This document shows, one piece after another, positions 1 through 10,990 of a DNA stretch of 64,000 nt. A program made the translations under genes and the position numbers. Below the pieces are notes generated by a model. It saw only the letters and a list, made by a program, of their open reading frames with translations. It searched no databases and had not been told where the DNA came from. The number at the start of each line of letters is the position of its first letter. Positions within the stretch are counted from its first letter, which is position 1. The DNA is from Candidatus Latescibacterota bacterium (GTDB lineage: Bacteria; Latescibacterota; UBA2968; GCA-2709665), in the NCBI GenBank assembly GCA_965203805.1, contig OZ241917.1:4288001-4352000 (forward strand), in the 5' to 3' direction.

Positions 1-2
1 AG

Positions 3-1079
3 GTCGCGGAGAGGTCCGGACTGCCGTATCGCTACGCCAGCGCCGACGAGCCCACGTTGCGTGGGCCGGATTGGATTGCGCAACATTGGGACGCGGCGCG
101 GATTCTCGCCGGCGATGCGGGTGAGGATGGCGCCCTTCTCATCCTGGACGAGATCCAGAAAGCCCCGAACTGGTCGGAAACGGTCAAGAGGCTCTGGGAC
201 GAGGATACGCTGAGCCAGCGACGGCTCAAGGTAGTGCTGTCGGGTTCGGCGCAACTCCTGATCGGCCGAGGGCTTACAGAGAGCCTTGCCGGGCGTTTCG
301 AGCTTCTGCACGTTCCGCATTGGAGCCTGCTCGAAATGCGGACCGCTTTCGGCTGGTCTCTGGAACAGTTCCTGTTCTACGGCGCTTATCCCGGTGCGGC
401 GCCGCTGGTGCGGGAGCCGGCCCGGTGGTCCCGGTACATCAGGGACTCACTCATCGAAACAACCATTTCGCGAGACGTCCTGCTGCTTTCACGCGTGGAC
501 AAACCGGCCCTGTTGCGCCGGCTGTTCGAATTGGGATGCGCCTATTCCGGCCAGATCCTATCCTATTCGAAAATGCTGGGCCAACTCCACGACGCCGGAA
601 ACACCACGACGCTGGCCCACTATCTCGATCTCCTCGCGGCGGCGGGAATACTCAGGGGATTACATAAGTACGCTGGAGCGGCCGTCCGGCGCCGGAGTTC
701 CAGCCCGAAGTTCCAGGTCTTCAACACCGCCCTGATGACCGCGGGTTCGAGCCTCACCTTCGCCCAGGCGCGCGCCGATCACGAATTCTGGGGGCGGCTG
801 GTCGAGTCAGCGGTAGGGGCTCACCTGGTGAATGCCGCTGCCGGCGGCGCGTGCGAGGTCTTCTACTGGCGTGACCGCCACAACGAGGTGGATTTCGTCG
901 TTCGCTCCGGACGGACGGTCACGGCGATTGAAGTCAAGAGCGAGCGAACCGGCCGGAACCCGGCCGGAATGGCCGCCTTCGCCGAGGCCTTCCATCCGAC
1001 CCGCAGTCTGCTCATCGGAGGCGACGGCATTGCCCTTGAAGAGTTCCTTTCGAAATCGGTAGAGCATTGGATACGATAA
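3..1079 (+). CDS. AAA+ ATPase (AAA_14) with C-terminal DUF4143/PD-(D/E)XK-like domain, 5'-truncated
   Basis: Frame is open from base 3 (VAERSGLPYRYASADEPTLRGPDW...). Motifs: Walker B LILDEIQ, SGSA, ESLAGR, GAYP, and C-terminal EVDFVV...AIEVKS. Walker A presumably lies upstream of the window. Confidence 0.88.
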   Translation, partial: VAERSGLPYRYASADEPTLRGPDWIAQHWDAARILAGDAGEDGALLILDEIQKAPNWSETVKRLWDEDTLSQRRLKVVLSGSAQLLIGRGLTESLAGRFELLHVPHWSLLEMRTAFGWSLEQFLFYGAYPGAAPLVREPARWSRYIRDSLIETTISRDVLLLSRVDKPALLRRLFELGCAYSGQILSYSKMLGQLHDAGNTTTLAHYLDLLAAAGILRGLHKYAGAAVRRRSSSPKFQVFNTALMTAGSSLTFAQARADHEFWGRLVESAVGAHLVNAAAGGACEVFYWRDRHNEVDFVVRSGRTVTAIEVKSERTGRNPAGMAAFAEAFHPTRSLLIGGDGIALEEFLSKSVEHWIR

Positions 1080-1154
1080 AGGCAGAACGTCCGACCTGAC
1101 TCATCATATGTCCCATTTATATCGGCGTTCCTTGCGGGAGCCCGCGTCTTTGAA

Positions 1155-1219
1155 CCTTCGCCGACCCTTCGACCCTTCGACAAGCTCAGGGCACCGCATG
1201 CTCAGGGAGCGGCTCAGGG
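1155..1219. repeat. Nested REP-like palindromic element (core CCCTTCGACAAGCTCAGGG)
   Basis: Three CCTTCG left halves (1155, 1166, 1174) followed by three GCTCAGGG right halves (1184, 1200, 1212). Confidence 0.7.
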
Positions 1220-1304
1220 TGCCAGGTCAAAGGTGAATAATAATGTGGACTGCAGGGTGTTCCCTGTGAAATTACATTAACCATTTGAGCTACGGAGAAT
1301 TCCA

Positions 1305-2294
1305 ATGCCCGAGTCGATCCTGAAACAACTGGAAGGGGGCGTGGTGCTGGGCGACGGGGGGTACCTGCTCGCGTTGGAGAATCGGGGCTACGTCCAGGCC
1401 GGTCCGTTTACGCCGGAAGTGACCATTGAGAACCCGAACGCGCTGCTTGCGCTGCACGAGGAATTCGTGCACGCCGGCGCGGAAGTCCTGCAGGTGCTCA
1501 CGTTCTACGCCAGTGAAAACAAGCTGGCGCAGACCGGCTACGCGGGCAGGCTGGAAGAGATCAACCGCGCGGCCGTCAGGATCGCTCGCGAGGCCGCCGG
1601 AGACAGGGCGCTGGTCGCCGGGAACATCTGCCTCACGTGGAAGTACCCCGAATCGGAGGACGAATGCCGGCGCCTGTTCGACGCCCAGCTCGGCTACCAG
1701 ATGGCTGAAGGCGTTGACTTCATCATCGGCGAGACGTTTCTGCACGCGGGCGAGGCCCTGATCGCCCTCGAGCGCGTAAAAAAAACCGGCCTTCCCGCCA
1801 TGATTACGCTGGCGTTCGAAAGTCCGGAGACACGCGATGGAAAGACGCCGGGCGAGGCCGCGAAGATGCTGGAAGACGCGGGCGCCGACGTGGTTGGCGC
1901 CAATTGCTGGCAGGATCCCACCTTCATGCTCCCGGCCATCGAGCAGATGCGCGAAGCGGTGAATTGCCACGTGGCCGCCCAGCCGGTCGCCTATCGATGC
2001 ACGCCGGAGGTACCCTTCTTCACAGGTCAGCCCGGCTTTCCGGACAGGCTGGACGACTACAAGATCAGCCGCTATGAGATGGGCGACTTCGCCAAAACTG
2101 CTCTGGACCTCGGCGTGAACTATATCGGCGGCTGCTGCGGCTGCGAGGGATCGCACATCCGCCAGATGGCGCGCGCAGTCGGCAAAAAGCCCGTTGAAGA
2201 GCGCGAATGGGCCGCGGATTACGGGCAACCCCAGTCTGCGACCGAAGCGTACAAGGAAATCCGGGAGCAATCCGGCGCCGCTCCCGGAGGATGA
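1305..2294 (+). CDS. Homocysteine S-methyltransferase family, BHMT-like
   Basis: GDGG N-terminus, LENRGYVQAGPFTPEV, TFYASENKL, and Zn ligands GANC and GGCCG. GGAGA RBS upstream. Confidence 0.88.
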   Translation: MPESILKQLEGGVVLGDGGYLLALENRGYVQAGPFTPEVTIENPNALLALHEEFVHAGAEVLQVLTFYASENKLAQTGYAGRLEEINRAAVRIAREAAGDRALVAGNICLTWKYPESEDECRRLFDAQLGYQMAEGVDFIIGETFLHAGEALIALERVKKTGLPAMITLAFESPETRDGKTPGEAAKMLEDAGADVVGANCWQDPTFMLPAIEQMREAVNCHVAAQPVAYRCTPEVPFFTGQPGFPDRLDDYKISRYEMGDFAKTALDLGVNYIGGCCGCEGSHIRQMARAVGKKPVEEREWAADYGQPQSATEAYKEIREQSGAAPGG

Positions 2295-2328
2295 ACTGAC
2301 CTGGAATAAACGCGAAGATCCGGCGGGA

Positions 2329-3093
2329 TCAACCCGCACGCCACTCCCAGAACGTCATCCGGTATCCCTTCCCTTTCAGCGCCACGGCGCCAACAAAGCC
2401 GCACGCGGGCGCCATCGCCTGCAGGAACCACTTTGAAGAAGCCTCCGGATCGTCCCTTACGCTCAGCAGAGCCGCTGGCGCTCCGGGCGCGAGTGAAACT
2501 TCGAAAGCGTCCAACGGGTAGGCGAGGCCGTCGCCCAATGCCTTGATATATGCCTCTTTGCGCGTCCAGCAGTTGAAAAACGCCTCGAATTGGACCTCCG
2601 GAGGGAGGGACCGAATCACGGCGACCTCCCCAGGAGAAAAGAAACGCCCCGCGATCTTCAGGTGGTACTGGACCGCCCGCACCCGCTCCACGTCCACGCC
2701 GATATCCCGCGATCCCACCACCGCCAGCAGCGCGAGTTCGCTGGAATGAGACAGGTTGAAGCGAAGCGGGTTTCCCGGCGGATCGTTCTTCAGATATGGT
2801 TTTCCCCGATGCCCGTAGCCGAATTCCAGGCGTTCGGGCGCCCGCCCCAGATACCGGCCCAGTATTCGCCTGAGGGACGCCCGTCCCGCGATAAAACGGG
2901 CCCGGTGCTTATCGAAGACAAACCGGCCGGCGCGTGTCTTCTCTTCGGCGGAAAGCACGCCCTTCATGTCATCGATTTCCGAGGCCGGCAGGTCCAGGTA
3001 AATCCGCCAGACCTGAACATCTTCGTCCAACGCCACCGGACGATCGGGCGGCGGAAGCCAGGATTCGGACGCTGATCGGTCGACTGGATTCAC
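2329..3093 (-). CDS. Sfp-type 4'-phosphopantetheinyl transferase
   Basis: GKP, FNLSHS, IGVDVE and [12 protein letters not shown] motifs. The GTG start at 3093 overlaps the dehydratase stop (GTGA). Confidence 0.92.
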   Translation of the reverse strand: MNPVDRSASESWLPPPDRPVALDEDVQVWRIYLDLPASEIDDMKGVLSAEEKTRAGRFVFDKHRARFIAGRASLRRILGRYLGRAPERLEFGYGHRGKPYLKNDPPGNPLRFNLSHSSELALLAVVGSRDIGVDVERVRAVQYHLKIAGRFFSPGEVAVIRSLPPEVQFEAFFNCWTRKEAYIKALGDGLAYPLDAFEVSLAPGAPAALLSVRDDPEASSKWFLQAMAPACGFVGAVALKGKGYRMTFWEWRAG

Positions 3094-5078
3094 GAGGGCG
3101 TACCGCCGTTCAACCGGTTCACGATCGCATCGACGTCGTACACGCACCCTCCCCATGTGCCGCCGCCCACGTTCTGCAGGGCCGCCCACAGGCGGGTATC
3201 TTCCGGCAGGTCCGCGTCGGGCGCCAGGTCGGCGCGCGTGGCGCGGTCGGCCAGAATGCGGCTACCCTCATCGGGTCCGAAACGGGTCTGGCCCGTGCCC
3301 ACGAAGTCGATGCTGCCCGAAAGGTCCTTCCGGTCGATGACGATTTCCACGACGTCTCCATCCTCCAACTTGCCGATCGGACCGCCCGCCAGCGCTTCCG
3401 GACCAACGTGACCGATACAGGCCCCCGTCGAAAACCCCGAAAAGCGCGCGTCCGTCAGCACCGCCACATGTTTCCCGAAATCCAGGTACTTGAGCGCGGT
3501 GGTGATCTGCGCAATTTCTTCCATCCCGGCGCCCATCGGGCCGCGCCCGATCAGTACCATGACGTCTCCCGGTTTCACGCCCATCGGACCGGAATCCTTC
3601 AGCGCGGCGGCGGCCGCGCGTTCGGTTGTGAACACCTTTACCGGGCCGGTCATCCGGTACACGCCGTCGGCGTCGACGACCGATGGGTCGATCGCCGTGC
3701 TTTTGACCACGGACCCTTCCGGCGCGATATTCCCGGTGGGAAAACAGACGGTGCTGGTCAACCCTCTGTCCCGGGCGCGGCCGGCATCCATTATCACGCG
3801 GTCCGGGTCGATTCCGTCCTGATCGTACAACGCCGCCCTCAGCCTGGACCTTCGCTCGGATCCCTCCCACCATTCCAGATTCTCACCCAGTGTCCGCCCG
3901 GATATCGTGAGCGCGTCCGTTTCCAGCAACCCCAGGCGCCGCAGGTGCAGCATCACTTCCGGCACGCCGCCGGCCAGAAACGCCCGGACGGTCGGATGGA
4001 ATTCGGGACCGTTTGGCAGCACGTCCACCAGACGGGGAACCTGGCGGTTCACGTGGCTCCAATCGGCGACGGTGGGCCGGGAGAGCCCGGCCGCGTAGGC
4101 CACCGCGGGAATGTGCAAGAGCAGGTTGGTCGATCCGCCGAACGCGGCGTGCGTGACCATCGCGTTGCGGACCGCGGCATCCGTTACCACGTCGGCGGTC
4201 GTGAGTCCCGCAGCCTGCATCGCGAACACCGCGCGGGCGGATCGGAGCGCCATGTCCAGCCAGACCGCCTCTCCCGACGGCGCCAGGGCGGAATGGGTCA
4301 ACGCGAGACCCAGTGCTTCGGCCACCACCTGTGAGGTGGCCGCGGTGCCCAGAAACTGGCAGCCGCCGCCCGGTGACGCGCAGGCCCGGCAGCCCAGGTC
4401 CTGCACCTCGGAGATCGTCATCTCTCCGTGCGCCAGCCTGACGCCCACCGACTGAATCTTGCCGGCGTCTTCCCCGTCTTCCGGCGGAAGCGTCACGCCT
4501 CCCGGAACGATCGCCGTGGGCAGGGAGTGCATCGCCGCCAGGGCGATCATCATCGCGGGCAATCCCTTGTCGCAGGTTGCAACGCCGATCACCCCTTTGC
4601 GGGTGGGGAGGGAGCGGACCAGGCGCCGCAGTACCGTCGCCGCATCGTTGCGATACGCGAGACTGTCCATCATTCCGGTCGTGCCCTGGGTCCGTCCGTC
4701 GCACGGGTCGGAGCAATACCCTGCGAAAGGAATACCGCCCAGCCGGTGAATTTCCAGGGCGGCCTCCCGCATCAACAGCCCCACCTCCCAGTGTCCCGTA
4801 TGATATCCCAGCGCGACGGGGCGGCCGTCCGGCTCGCGAATGCCCCCCATCGTGCTGAGGATCAGAATTTCCGGCCGGCCCAACTCCGCTGGATTCCAGC
4901 CCATGCCGGCGTTCTGGCTGTACCCGAAGATATCCCCGCTGGGCGATTCGATCACGTGCTCTTCGGTGAGGGAAATCAGCCGCCCTTCGGGTCCCGGCGC
5001 CCGCGTCCGGACGTCGTAGATCGTTTTGTCGTCGGACTGCAGGACGGCGGCAAAGGACGGTTTGCTTACGGCGGACAT
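3090..5078 (-). CDS. IlvD/Edd family dehydratase, YjhG/YagF-like D-xylonate dehydratase
   Basis: [44 protein letters not shown] and [11 protein letters not shown] motifs. Confidence 0.9.
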   Translation of the reverse strand: MSAVSKPSFAAVLQSDDKTIYDVRTRAPGPEGRLISLTEEHVIESPSGDIFGYSQNAGMGWNPAELGRPEILILSTMGGIREPDGRPVALGYHTGHWEVGLLMREAALEIHRLGGIPFAGYCSDPCDGRTQGTTGMMDSLAYRNDAATVLRRLVRSLPTRKGVIGVATCDKGLPAMMIALAAMHSLPTAIVPGGVTLPPEDGEDAGKIQSVGVRLAHGEMTISEVQDLGCRACASPGGGCQFLGTAATSQVVAEALGLALTHSALAPSGEAVWLDMALRSARAVFAMQAAGLTTADVVTDAAVRNAMVTHAAFGGSTNLLLHIPAVAYAAGLSRPTVADWSHVNRQVPRLVDVLPNGPEFHPTVRAFLAGGVPEVMLHLRRLGLLETDALTISGRTLGENLEWWEGSERRSRLRAALYDQDGIDPDRVIMDAGRARDRGLTSTVCFPTGNIAPEGSVVKSTAIDPSVVDADGVYRMTGPVKVFTTERAAAAALKDSGPMGVKPGDVMVLIGRGPMGAGMEEIAQITTALKYLDFGKHVAVLTDARFSGFSTGACIGHVGPEALAGGPIGKLEDGDVVEIVIDRKDLSGSIDFVGTGQTRFGPDEGSRILADRATRADLAPDADLPEDTRLWAALQNVGGGTWGGCVYDVDAIVNRLNGGTPS

Positions 5079-5124
5079 ACGAATCCTCGCAACGGTACGA
5101 ACCCATGCGACGGGCTGTTAAGGT

Positions 5125-5895
5125 TTATTTCAGTCCCATGCTCTGAAGATTCCGCAGGCTGATTCCCAGGCTCTCAAACGGGTCCCGCTGGCATGTATCC
5201 TGTTCCACGATGAACCAAAGGGTGCCCGCGGCCTTGCAGGCATCCAGGATGGCCGGCCAGTTCAAGTTGCCCTCGCCCACCTCGGCGTAGAGCTGTTCCC
5301 GGCCGCGCATGGCCATATCTTTCACGTGAACCAGGTCCGCACGGCCCGCGGCCTTGCGAATCCACGCGGCGGGGTCGCCGCCGCCGTGCTGGATCCAGTA
5401 GGTGTCGATCTCGAGTTGAAAGACCTCGGGGTCGCTCTCTTCAAACAGGATCTGCAGGCCCGTGCGATCTCCGAAACGCTCCAGTTCAAAACTGTGGTTG
5501 TGATACCCGAAGGTGAGCCCTGCCGCCGCGAGCTTGCCGGCCACCTCGGACGCCTCCCGGGCGAACCGCCTGTAACCGTCGCCTCCATCTTCGCGATAGG
5601 TCTGTGGAAGCCCGCCGATTGCCGGGTATTTGCACCCCCACAACAGGTGCTCGTCGATCACGGCCTGGGTTTCGTCCCGCATGCGTTCGTAGCTGGTGTG
5701 GGTGGCGCAGATTTCGAGGCCTTCACCGTCCGCCAGGTCCTTGAGTTCCTGCGGGCTGATGTCTCCAAATGCCGATACCTGCATGGCATCGTATCCCAGC
5801 GCCTTCACCTTTTTCAGACTGGCCGCGACATCCGCGGGTGTTTGTGTGAATTCGCGCACCGTGTACATCTGCGCCGCCAAAACCGTACCGGCCAT
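5125..5895 (-). CDS. Sugar phosphate isomerase/epimerase (xylose isomerase-like TIM barrel)
   Basis: QMYTVRE, YHNHSFE, EIDTYW, HVKD, EVGEG and VEQD motifs. Confidence 0.88.
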   Translation of the reverse strand: MAGTVLAAQMYTVREFTQTPADVAASLKKVKALGYDAMQVSAFGDISPQELKDLADGEGLEICATHTSYERMRDETQAVIDEHLLWGCKYPAIGGLPQTYREDGGDGYRRFAREASEVAGKLAAAGLTFGYHNHSFELERFGDRTGLQILFEESDPEVFQLEIDTYWIQHGGGDPAAWIRKAAGRADLVHVKDMAMRGREQLYAEVGEGNLNWPAILDACKAAGTLWFIVEQDTCQRDPFESLGISLRNLQSMGLK

Positions 5896-6161
5896 CTTCC
5901 GCTCCTTTCCACGATCGCCCATGCAACCTGAAAACGCGTGATTTCAAGTACAAAATACCAAAGGACCGCGGAACTTCCAAGCCAAGTTTTCCCATCGGAA
6001 AGCGAAAACCGCGTGGCGGCGGACGAAGGGATTTTTAGCTGGTTTTTTTCCGAAACCACTGTATTTTTAGTTCGCAGTTTCCGCTTCCCGACCCCTCCCC
6101 CGATCCGTTCGATCCCCCCCTGTTTCAACCGTACCCGCCTTCCTCGCAGAGGAGCCCGTAT

Positions 6162-8426
6162 ATGTCCGTACTGCAAGACGCGACCACTCAGCAGGAGCGC
6201 CGCAACCGCGCGCTGCTGGACGGTTCGCGATACCTGTCCGAATCCGTGACGTCGCAGGTTCTGCCACTGCAGATCGACATCCGGCATACCGATACACTGA
6301 CGGAAACGCAAGTTGACACCTTCACCTCCCTTCAGATCGAGGCCGCCCGTACCGCCGTACGTTCGCTGGCCTCCCTGGCCGAGATTGGTGAAGCGGACCA
6401 TCTGGGAGGCGGCATCGGCCTCATTCCGCCCTTGCTGCTTACCCTGGCGGTGGTCGACTTCGAACGTATCGAGTACACCATCGAACACGCCCACACCAGC
6501 GTCGGGTATTATGCGGCGCTTTCCGCCGTGGGATATGTCGATCCCGAACACGTCGTTTCCGATTTTCGCCGCGGTCTGGACCTTCCGGGCCACGTTTCAT
6601 GGCTGCCGGGGGGCACGCAGATGAACGGCGGACGCCTGGGCGTGATGATACCCGTTGCGGTCGGCAATGCGCTGGGCAAGCGCGGCACGTACGGCGAGGG
6701 ATCCTGGGTGGTTGCCCACTGCGGAGACGCGGGCTGGATCTCGGGCCAGGCGCTCAACGGCTTCAACGCCGCGCACGTTCACGGCGCGCCCATTACGTTT
6801 GTGATGGACCGGAACGGCATCCAGCTTTCCGGCAGCACGAAGAGCATTCTGGATAAGGACCCGCGGCCCATCATTGGCGCCATGGGCGTCGAGGTCCTCG
6901 AAATCCCGACACTCTTAGATCCCGCGTGCCTTTACACGGCGTACCGTGAAGCCTATCTCCTGGCGCAGGAAGGCCGTCCGAGTCTGATCTATCCTGTCGG
7001 CATCCGGTCCCGGAACGGAAGGCGGATCGACCTCTCGCATTTCGGCGAAGCCCACGGCATCCTCGAAGCGGTGGAAGCCTTTGCCGGCCGGCATGACGTG
7101 CCCCTGGACCGCGAGATCTGGGTCCCCGGATCGCTGATGAGCTATAGAGACGTGGAGCCGATGCTGGAGTGCCTTTTCCTCGTGAACGATCTGCCCGGCG
7201 GCGCTGGCCACCACGACGGTGGCATGAAGGACCGAAACGAAGCGAATGTGCTCGGCAACCCCATGTTCCAGGCCACGCCGGTCCAGTCGGAAGCGCTGGA
7301 GCATTTGAAGTCGCAACCGTCACGCGCGGTCAACACCCGGGCCCGGCCGGCCCCGGGAAGCCCGAACCTGGTGCTGCCTGAAGGCGCTGCTGCGAGCGTT
7401 TCCTTACCCGGCGCGGGTGAGATGAAGAGTGCCCGCGACGGTTCGGAAGCAGGTTACGCGCTGGTGGCCGAGACCTTTCCTGAAAGGGTCTTCGTGGTCA
7501 GCTGCGACCTGGACGCTTCCACGAAACTGGCGAAGGCGCGGAGTCACCTGGCCGGGAATCACCAGTTCGAAATCAGCATCGAAGAACAGGCGGCCACCCT
7601 GATTGCCAACGGCCTGGCCACCAGTACGCCGGGTTCGCAGCTGAACGTGGTGTCCACCTTTGCGGCCTTCTTCGAGGGCATTGCACGCGAAGGTTTCGAC
7701 ATGTGGCAGTACCAGCGCAACCTGACGGGCGTGAACGAGGGCCTCAACGTGACGTTTCATCTCTCTCACGTGGGCGCGTGTACGGGCCGGGACCACTTCT
7801 CCGGCTGGGGTCTGGACTGGATCAACGTGGGCCTCAGCTACCTTCCGTACCTGCACCGGTTCTACGCGCCGGCCGACGCGCGGTCGGCCTTTCTCGCCGT
7901 GATCGATCTGGCCGCCAACTATGGCGGGCACATCATCGGCATCCCCCGCGACAACCTGCCGGTCCTCGAAAAACAGGACGGTTCCGGGCCTCTTTGGGAG
8001 GCGGATGAGGCGTGGCAACCCCTCACGCCCTTCCGGTCCGTTGCGAACGCCGGTCACGCGATCCTGGCATTCGGCGCGCCGGCATTCCTGGCGGCGGAGG
8101 CCGCCGACGGCATGAATAGCCGGGGCGTTGGCGTAGACGTATATATCGTCAACGGCCTGCCCCTGCCGAAGGGGCACCTTGAATCGCTGATTTCGCAGTA
8201 TACCCGGGGTGTCGTCACGATTGAAGACGGAAAGATCGGCACATCCGAAACCGGACTCAGGGGGTTTGCGGGCCTGGTTGCCTCTGCGGCCTCCTCACGC
8301 GGCGTTCCACATGCGCACGTCGGCCTGACCGATCCGACCATCGCCCCGTCCGACGGGCATATGGAAACCTGGGCGCACTTCGGCATCACCACCGATGCGC
8401 TGGTCGATGCGGTTGAGCGTCTTTAG
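6162..8426 (+). CDS. Divergent transketolase-like ThDP-dependent enzyme
   Basis: DHLGGG, GRLG, a ThDP-like GDA...DRNGIQLSG motif, DLDASTK, SIEEQ, STFAAF and GRDH in transketolase order. Confidence 0.7.
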   Translation: MSVLQDATTQQERRNRALLDGSRYLSESVTSQVLPLQIDIRHTDTLTETQVDTFTSLQIEAARTAVRSLASLAEIGEADHLGGGIGLIPPLLLTLAVVDFERIEYTIEHAHTSVGYYAALSAVGYVDPEHVVSDFRRGLDLPGHVSWLPGGTQMNGGRLGVMIPVAVGNALGKRGTYGEGSWVVAHCGDAGWISGQALNGFNAAHVHGAPITFVMDRNGIQLSGSTKSILDKDPRPIIGAMGVEVLEIPTLLDPACLYTAYREAYLLAQEGRPSLIYPVGIRSRNGRRIDLSHFGEAHGILEAVEAFAGRHDVPLDREIWVPGSLMSYRDVEPMLECLFLVNDLPGGAGHHDGGMKDRNEANVLGNPMFQATPVQSEALEHLKSQPSRAVNTRARPAPGSPNLVLPEGAAASVSLPGAGEMKSARDGSEAGYALVAETFPERVFVVSCDLDASTKLAKARSHLAGNHQFEISIEEQAATLIANGLATSTPGSQLNVVSTFAAFFEGIAREGFDMWQYQRNLTGVNEGLNVTFHLSHVGACTGRDHFSGWGLDWINVGLSYLPYLHRFYAPADARSAFLAVIDLAANYGGHIIGIPRDNLPVLEKQDGSGPLWEADEAWQPLTPFRSVANAGHAILAFGAPAFLAAEAADGMNSRGVGVDVYIVNGLPLPKGHLESLISQYTRGVVTIEDGKIGTSETGLRGFAGLVASAASSRGVPHAHVGLTDPTIAPSDGHMETWAHFGITTDALVDAVERL

Positions 8427-8637
8427 TGGATTCACCTGCGAGGGATTGACACGGGTAAGGGAAGGGGAAACAAAAGGAAGGAAAGTCAATCCGCGTCAGC
8501 CGGCGCGGCGGACCCGCAATTTGCACCGGTGGGCGGAACAATACCTGATTTGGCGTGTGTCTTTGTGAGCAAAAAGAACCCGCAACACGCGATGACGCAG
8601 GCCATTCCCCTGATTCTGAAGCGGGATTCTTCCCGAA

Positions 8638-9966
8638 CTAGAATATCCTGAAACTCAGCCCCATATTGAAGCTTTGCCTGGCACCTTCGTCCCTTGCGAC
8701 GCGAAAGGACTCGGAGAGCGTCATGTTGAATTTGTTTTCGATGTAGAAGCTGAGCGCGAACGTGATATTCGAAATGACGTCGGCTCTTCTTTCCTCGCGT
8801 TTCTGCGCACGGATTGTCTTCAGGGTCGTGAACCGGATCCTGTTCGTCACCTCGTAGATGAAATCCGTTTTCCAGCGCAGGTTGTAATCCGTCCCGAAGG
8901 CCTTTGAAAAAGGCGTATCGTAGTGTAGATCGGTGTTGATCTGCGTGCTCCAGCTGATCGGGTGGGAGTACCGGATATTTATCAGCATTCCCGGCGGCGG
9001 ACGGTCCACGTCTTCGTAAGGATTCAACAGCTGAAACTGCACGCCGGTTGTAATGTCCCAACCATAGAATCTTTTGCTGATCTGCTCCTGTGTCAGCACT
9101 TCCTGTATCCGCACCAGGCCGAATCCGATCTCTTCTCCCAGAACCCTTCGTGATCTCCTGATCTCGGCAAGCATATCTTCGAACCAGTAGTTTTCGTACC
9201 GGTCTCCATGCTGTTCCTTGTACTGCCTTTCCCTGTCGATGATATGCGCCAGTTCGATCATCGTCTCCTTGGAGAAATGCTCGCCGATGATGCCCTCCTC
9301 CAGGAAGAATTCCTCGATTCTCCCGGCTTTTCGAAGCGCTGTGGCATCGATGAACCGTCCGTGGCCGAAGCCCAGTGTCATCTCGATGTCGGGTCGATCG
9401 TATCCGGAGTCCAGGTCCGAGTCCGTGCCCCAGGAGTAGAATAAGCTGCCTTCGTTCCGATGGTATTTCTTCAGATTCGTCCTCAAGTGGGTCAAGGCGT
9501 CGCGCTCGATTCTCTCGGTGATGATATTCTTCCTGATCGAACCCTGCCCGGTCGCGTCTACGGAATAAGCGTAGGGAAGCGACTCGTAGAAATTTCTGTA
9601 TACCACGGTCACATTTCCATTCAGTACAACGGTTTTGGTATCCTCTGTCACGTAGTTGAAGCTGAGCGCGTCGATGCGCAGGTTGTGCGCCCGGCTCACG
9701 GGCACAACGTAATCGGTAATGGATACGTTCTGCGCCGATGCCGTAGAGACCGTCATGAGACAGACCGCCGCCGGCCGTATCAGTAACATCCGGAAAAAGA
9801 AGAGTACGTTAGCCAACGGACCGAAGCGTTGCGCCGGCAATCCCCCGCTTTCGGGAGTCGGCCATTCCGCGCGGTGCTTTCTTGTAGGACTATCGACGGA
9901 ATCCGCAGTGCCGCCCGCGCCCATCCTCGGCAACCGCTCCCGCCCAGATCCTGTTTTTCCTGTCAT
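8638..9966 (-). CDS. Hypothetical exported protein, probable outer-membrane beta-barrel
   Basis: Signal-like segment ending in ASA-Q (alternative start 9789), amphipathic beta strands, and C-terminal FNMGLSFRIF ending in Phe. Confidence 0.6.
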   Translation of the reverse strand: MTGKTGSGRERLPRMGAGGTADSVDSPTRKHRAEWPTPESGGLPAQRFGPLANVLFFFRMLLIRPAAVCLMTVSTASAQNVSITDYVVPVSRAHNLRIDALSFNYVTEDTKTVVLNGNVTVVYRNFYESLPYAYSVDATGQGSIRKNIITERIERDALTHLRTNLKKYHRNEGSLFYSWGTDSDLDSGYDRPDIEMTLGFGHGRFIDATALRKAGRIEEFFLEEGIIGEHFSKETMIELAHIIDRERQYKEQHGDRYENYWFEDMLAEIRRSRRVLGEEIGFGLVRIQEVLTQEQISKRFYGWDITTGVQFQLLNPYEDVDRPPPGMLINIRYSHPISWSTQINTDLHYDTPFSKAFGTDYNLRWKTDFIYEVTNRIRFTTLKTIRAQKREERRADVISNITFALSFYIENKFNMTLSESFRVARDEGARQSFNMGLSFRIF

Positions 9967-9987
9967 TGCGCTTCCCCCTGTCTTTGT

Positions 9988-10734
9988 CTACGGTTTCGCA
10001 TCGGGATCGCTATCCGATGAATGGGGCGACTCCTTCAAAAACGAAATATCGTCGTAATCCGCCTTGACGAGCGTCTTCGTATTGTCCGAATCCGTAAGCA
10101 CGGCAACGGCGCCGACGAGTCGCGGGTCGCTACCGAATAAGCGTCTGTAATCTTCGTATGCGTTAACCTCTTCCCAGATCCAACTGCCTGTCCTGCCGGA
10201 TCCGGATTGCAGGACAATCACCTTCGTACTTCCAGTGTGCGGGCTTTCCGTCTCGGTGCCCGGGGGAAGCGACGCACTCCACACGTACTTGAGTGTCTTG
10301 ATCCGCCTCCCGCGCCCGAATACAAGGCGCACGGCCGCCGCGCTGTCATTGGTCTTCTTGTAGTTTTCATTGGCGCCGGCGGGGAGGCTGTGCACTCGCC
10401 ACCGCCACCTGAGCTTCTTCCAGACACGCAAGTTGACTCTTACGGGCAGGCCCGCATTCGTCGCCCTGCCGACGGTCTCCGCTCTCAGAAAGTGGTCGCC
10501 GTTTTCGACCTGAATCGTGTAGTAGAGATCCTCCTTCTTGTTTGTCTTCCTATGGAACCAGCCCGATCTTCCTTCCCAGTTGCGGGGAAACCGCCCGATT
10601 TGACCGGGGTACTCAAATCGCTCAAGAGTCAGAACGGAATCTCCGGAAGGCGTATAAAAGTGGGCCGGCGGATCCGCCGCGTACGCGGCCGATCCGATCA
10701 GGATTCCCAGGAGGATTTTTTGGATTCGTATCAT
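9988..10734 (-). CDS. Exported DUF3047-like protein
   Basis: Signal peptide, then LRWRWRV, DSAAAV, LKYVWS, WIWEEVNAYEDY and LTDSDNT. Confidence 0.75.
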   Translation of the reverse strand: MIRIQKILLGILIGSAAYAADPPAHFYTPSGDSVLTLERFEYPGQIGRFPRNWEGRSGWFHRKTNKKEDLYYTIQVENGDHFLRAETVGRATNAGLPVRVNLRVWKKLRWRWRVHSLPAGANENYKKTNDSAAAVRLVFGRGRRIKTLKYVWSASLPPGTETESPHTGSTKVIVLQSGSGRTGSWIWEEVNAYEDYRRLFGSDPRLVGAVAVLTDSDNTKTLVKADYDDISFLKESPHSSDSDPDAKP

Positions 10735-10990
10735 AAAGCTCAGGTTATTCCCGCTTCGTTAAGTGCCGCGGAACCGGGTAATCCGCGCGGAATACACCCT
10801 GGATCCGGACCCCCGGGGGCAAGCCGCGGTGTATTCAGAAAATATAGGAAATAGACTCTTCAAGGTGTACAAAAAAGCCCGGAAACAGACCTTCGCCCCG
10901 CCACCCGGACCGGACATAAAGATACCGCCACGGAATCCACTCCCGTGGCGGTGACAACTCCCTTCTTTGCCGCAAGCATTCACTGTTTCG

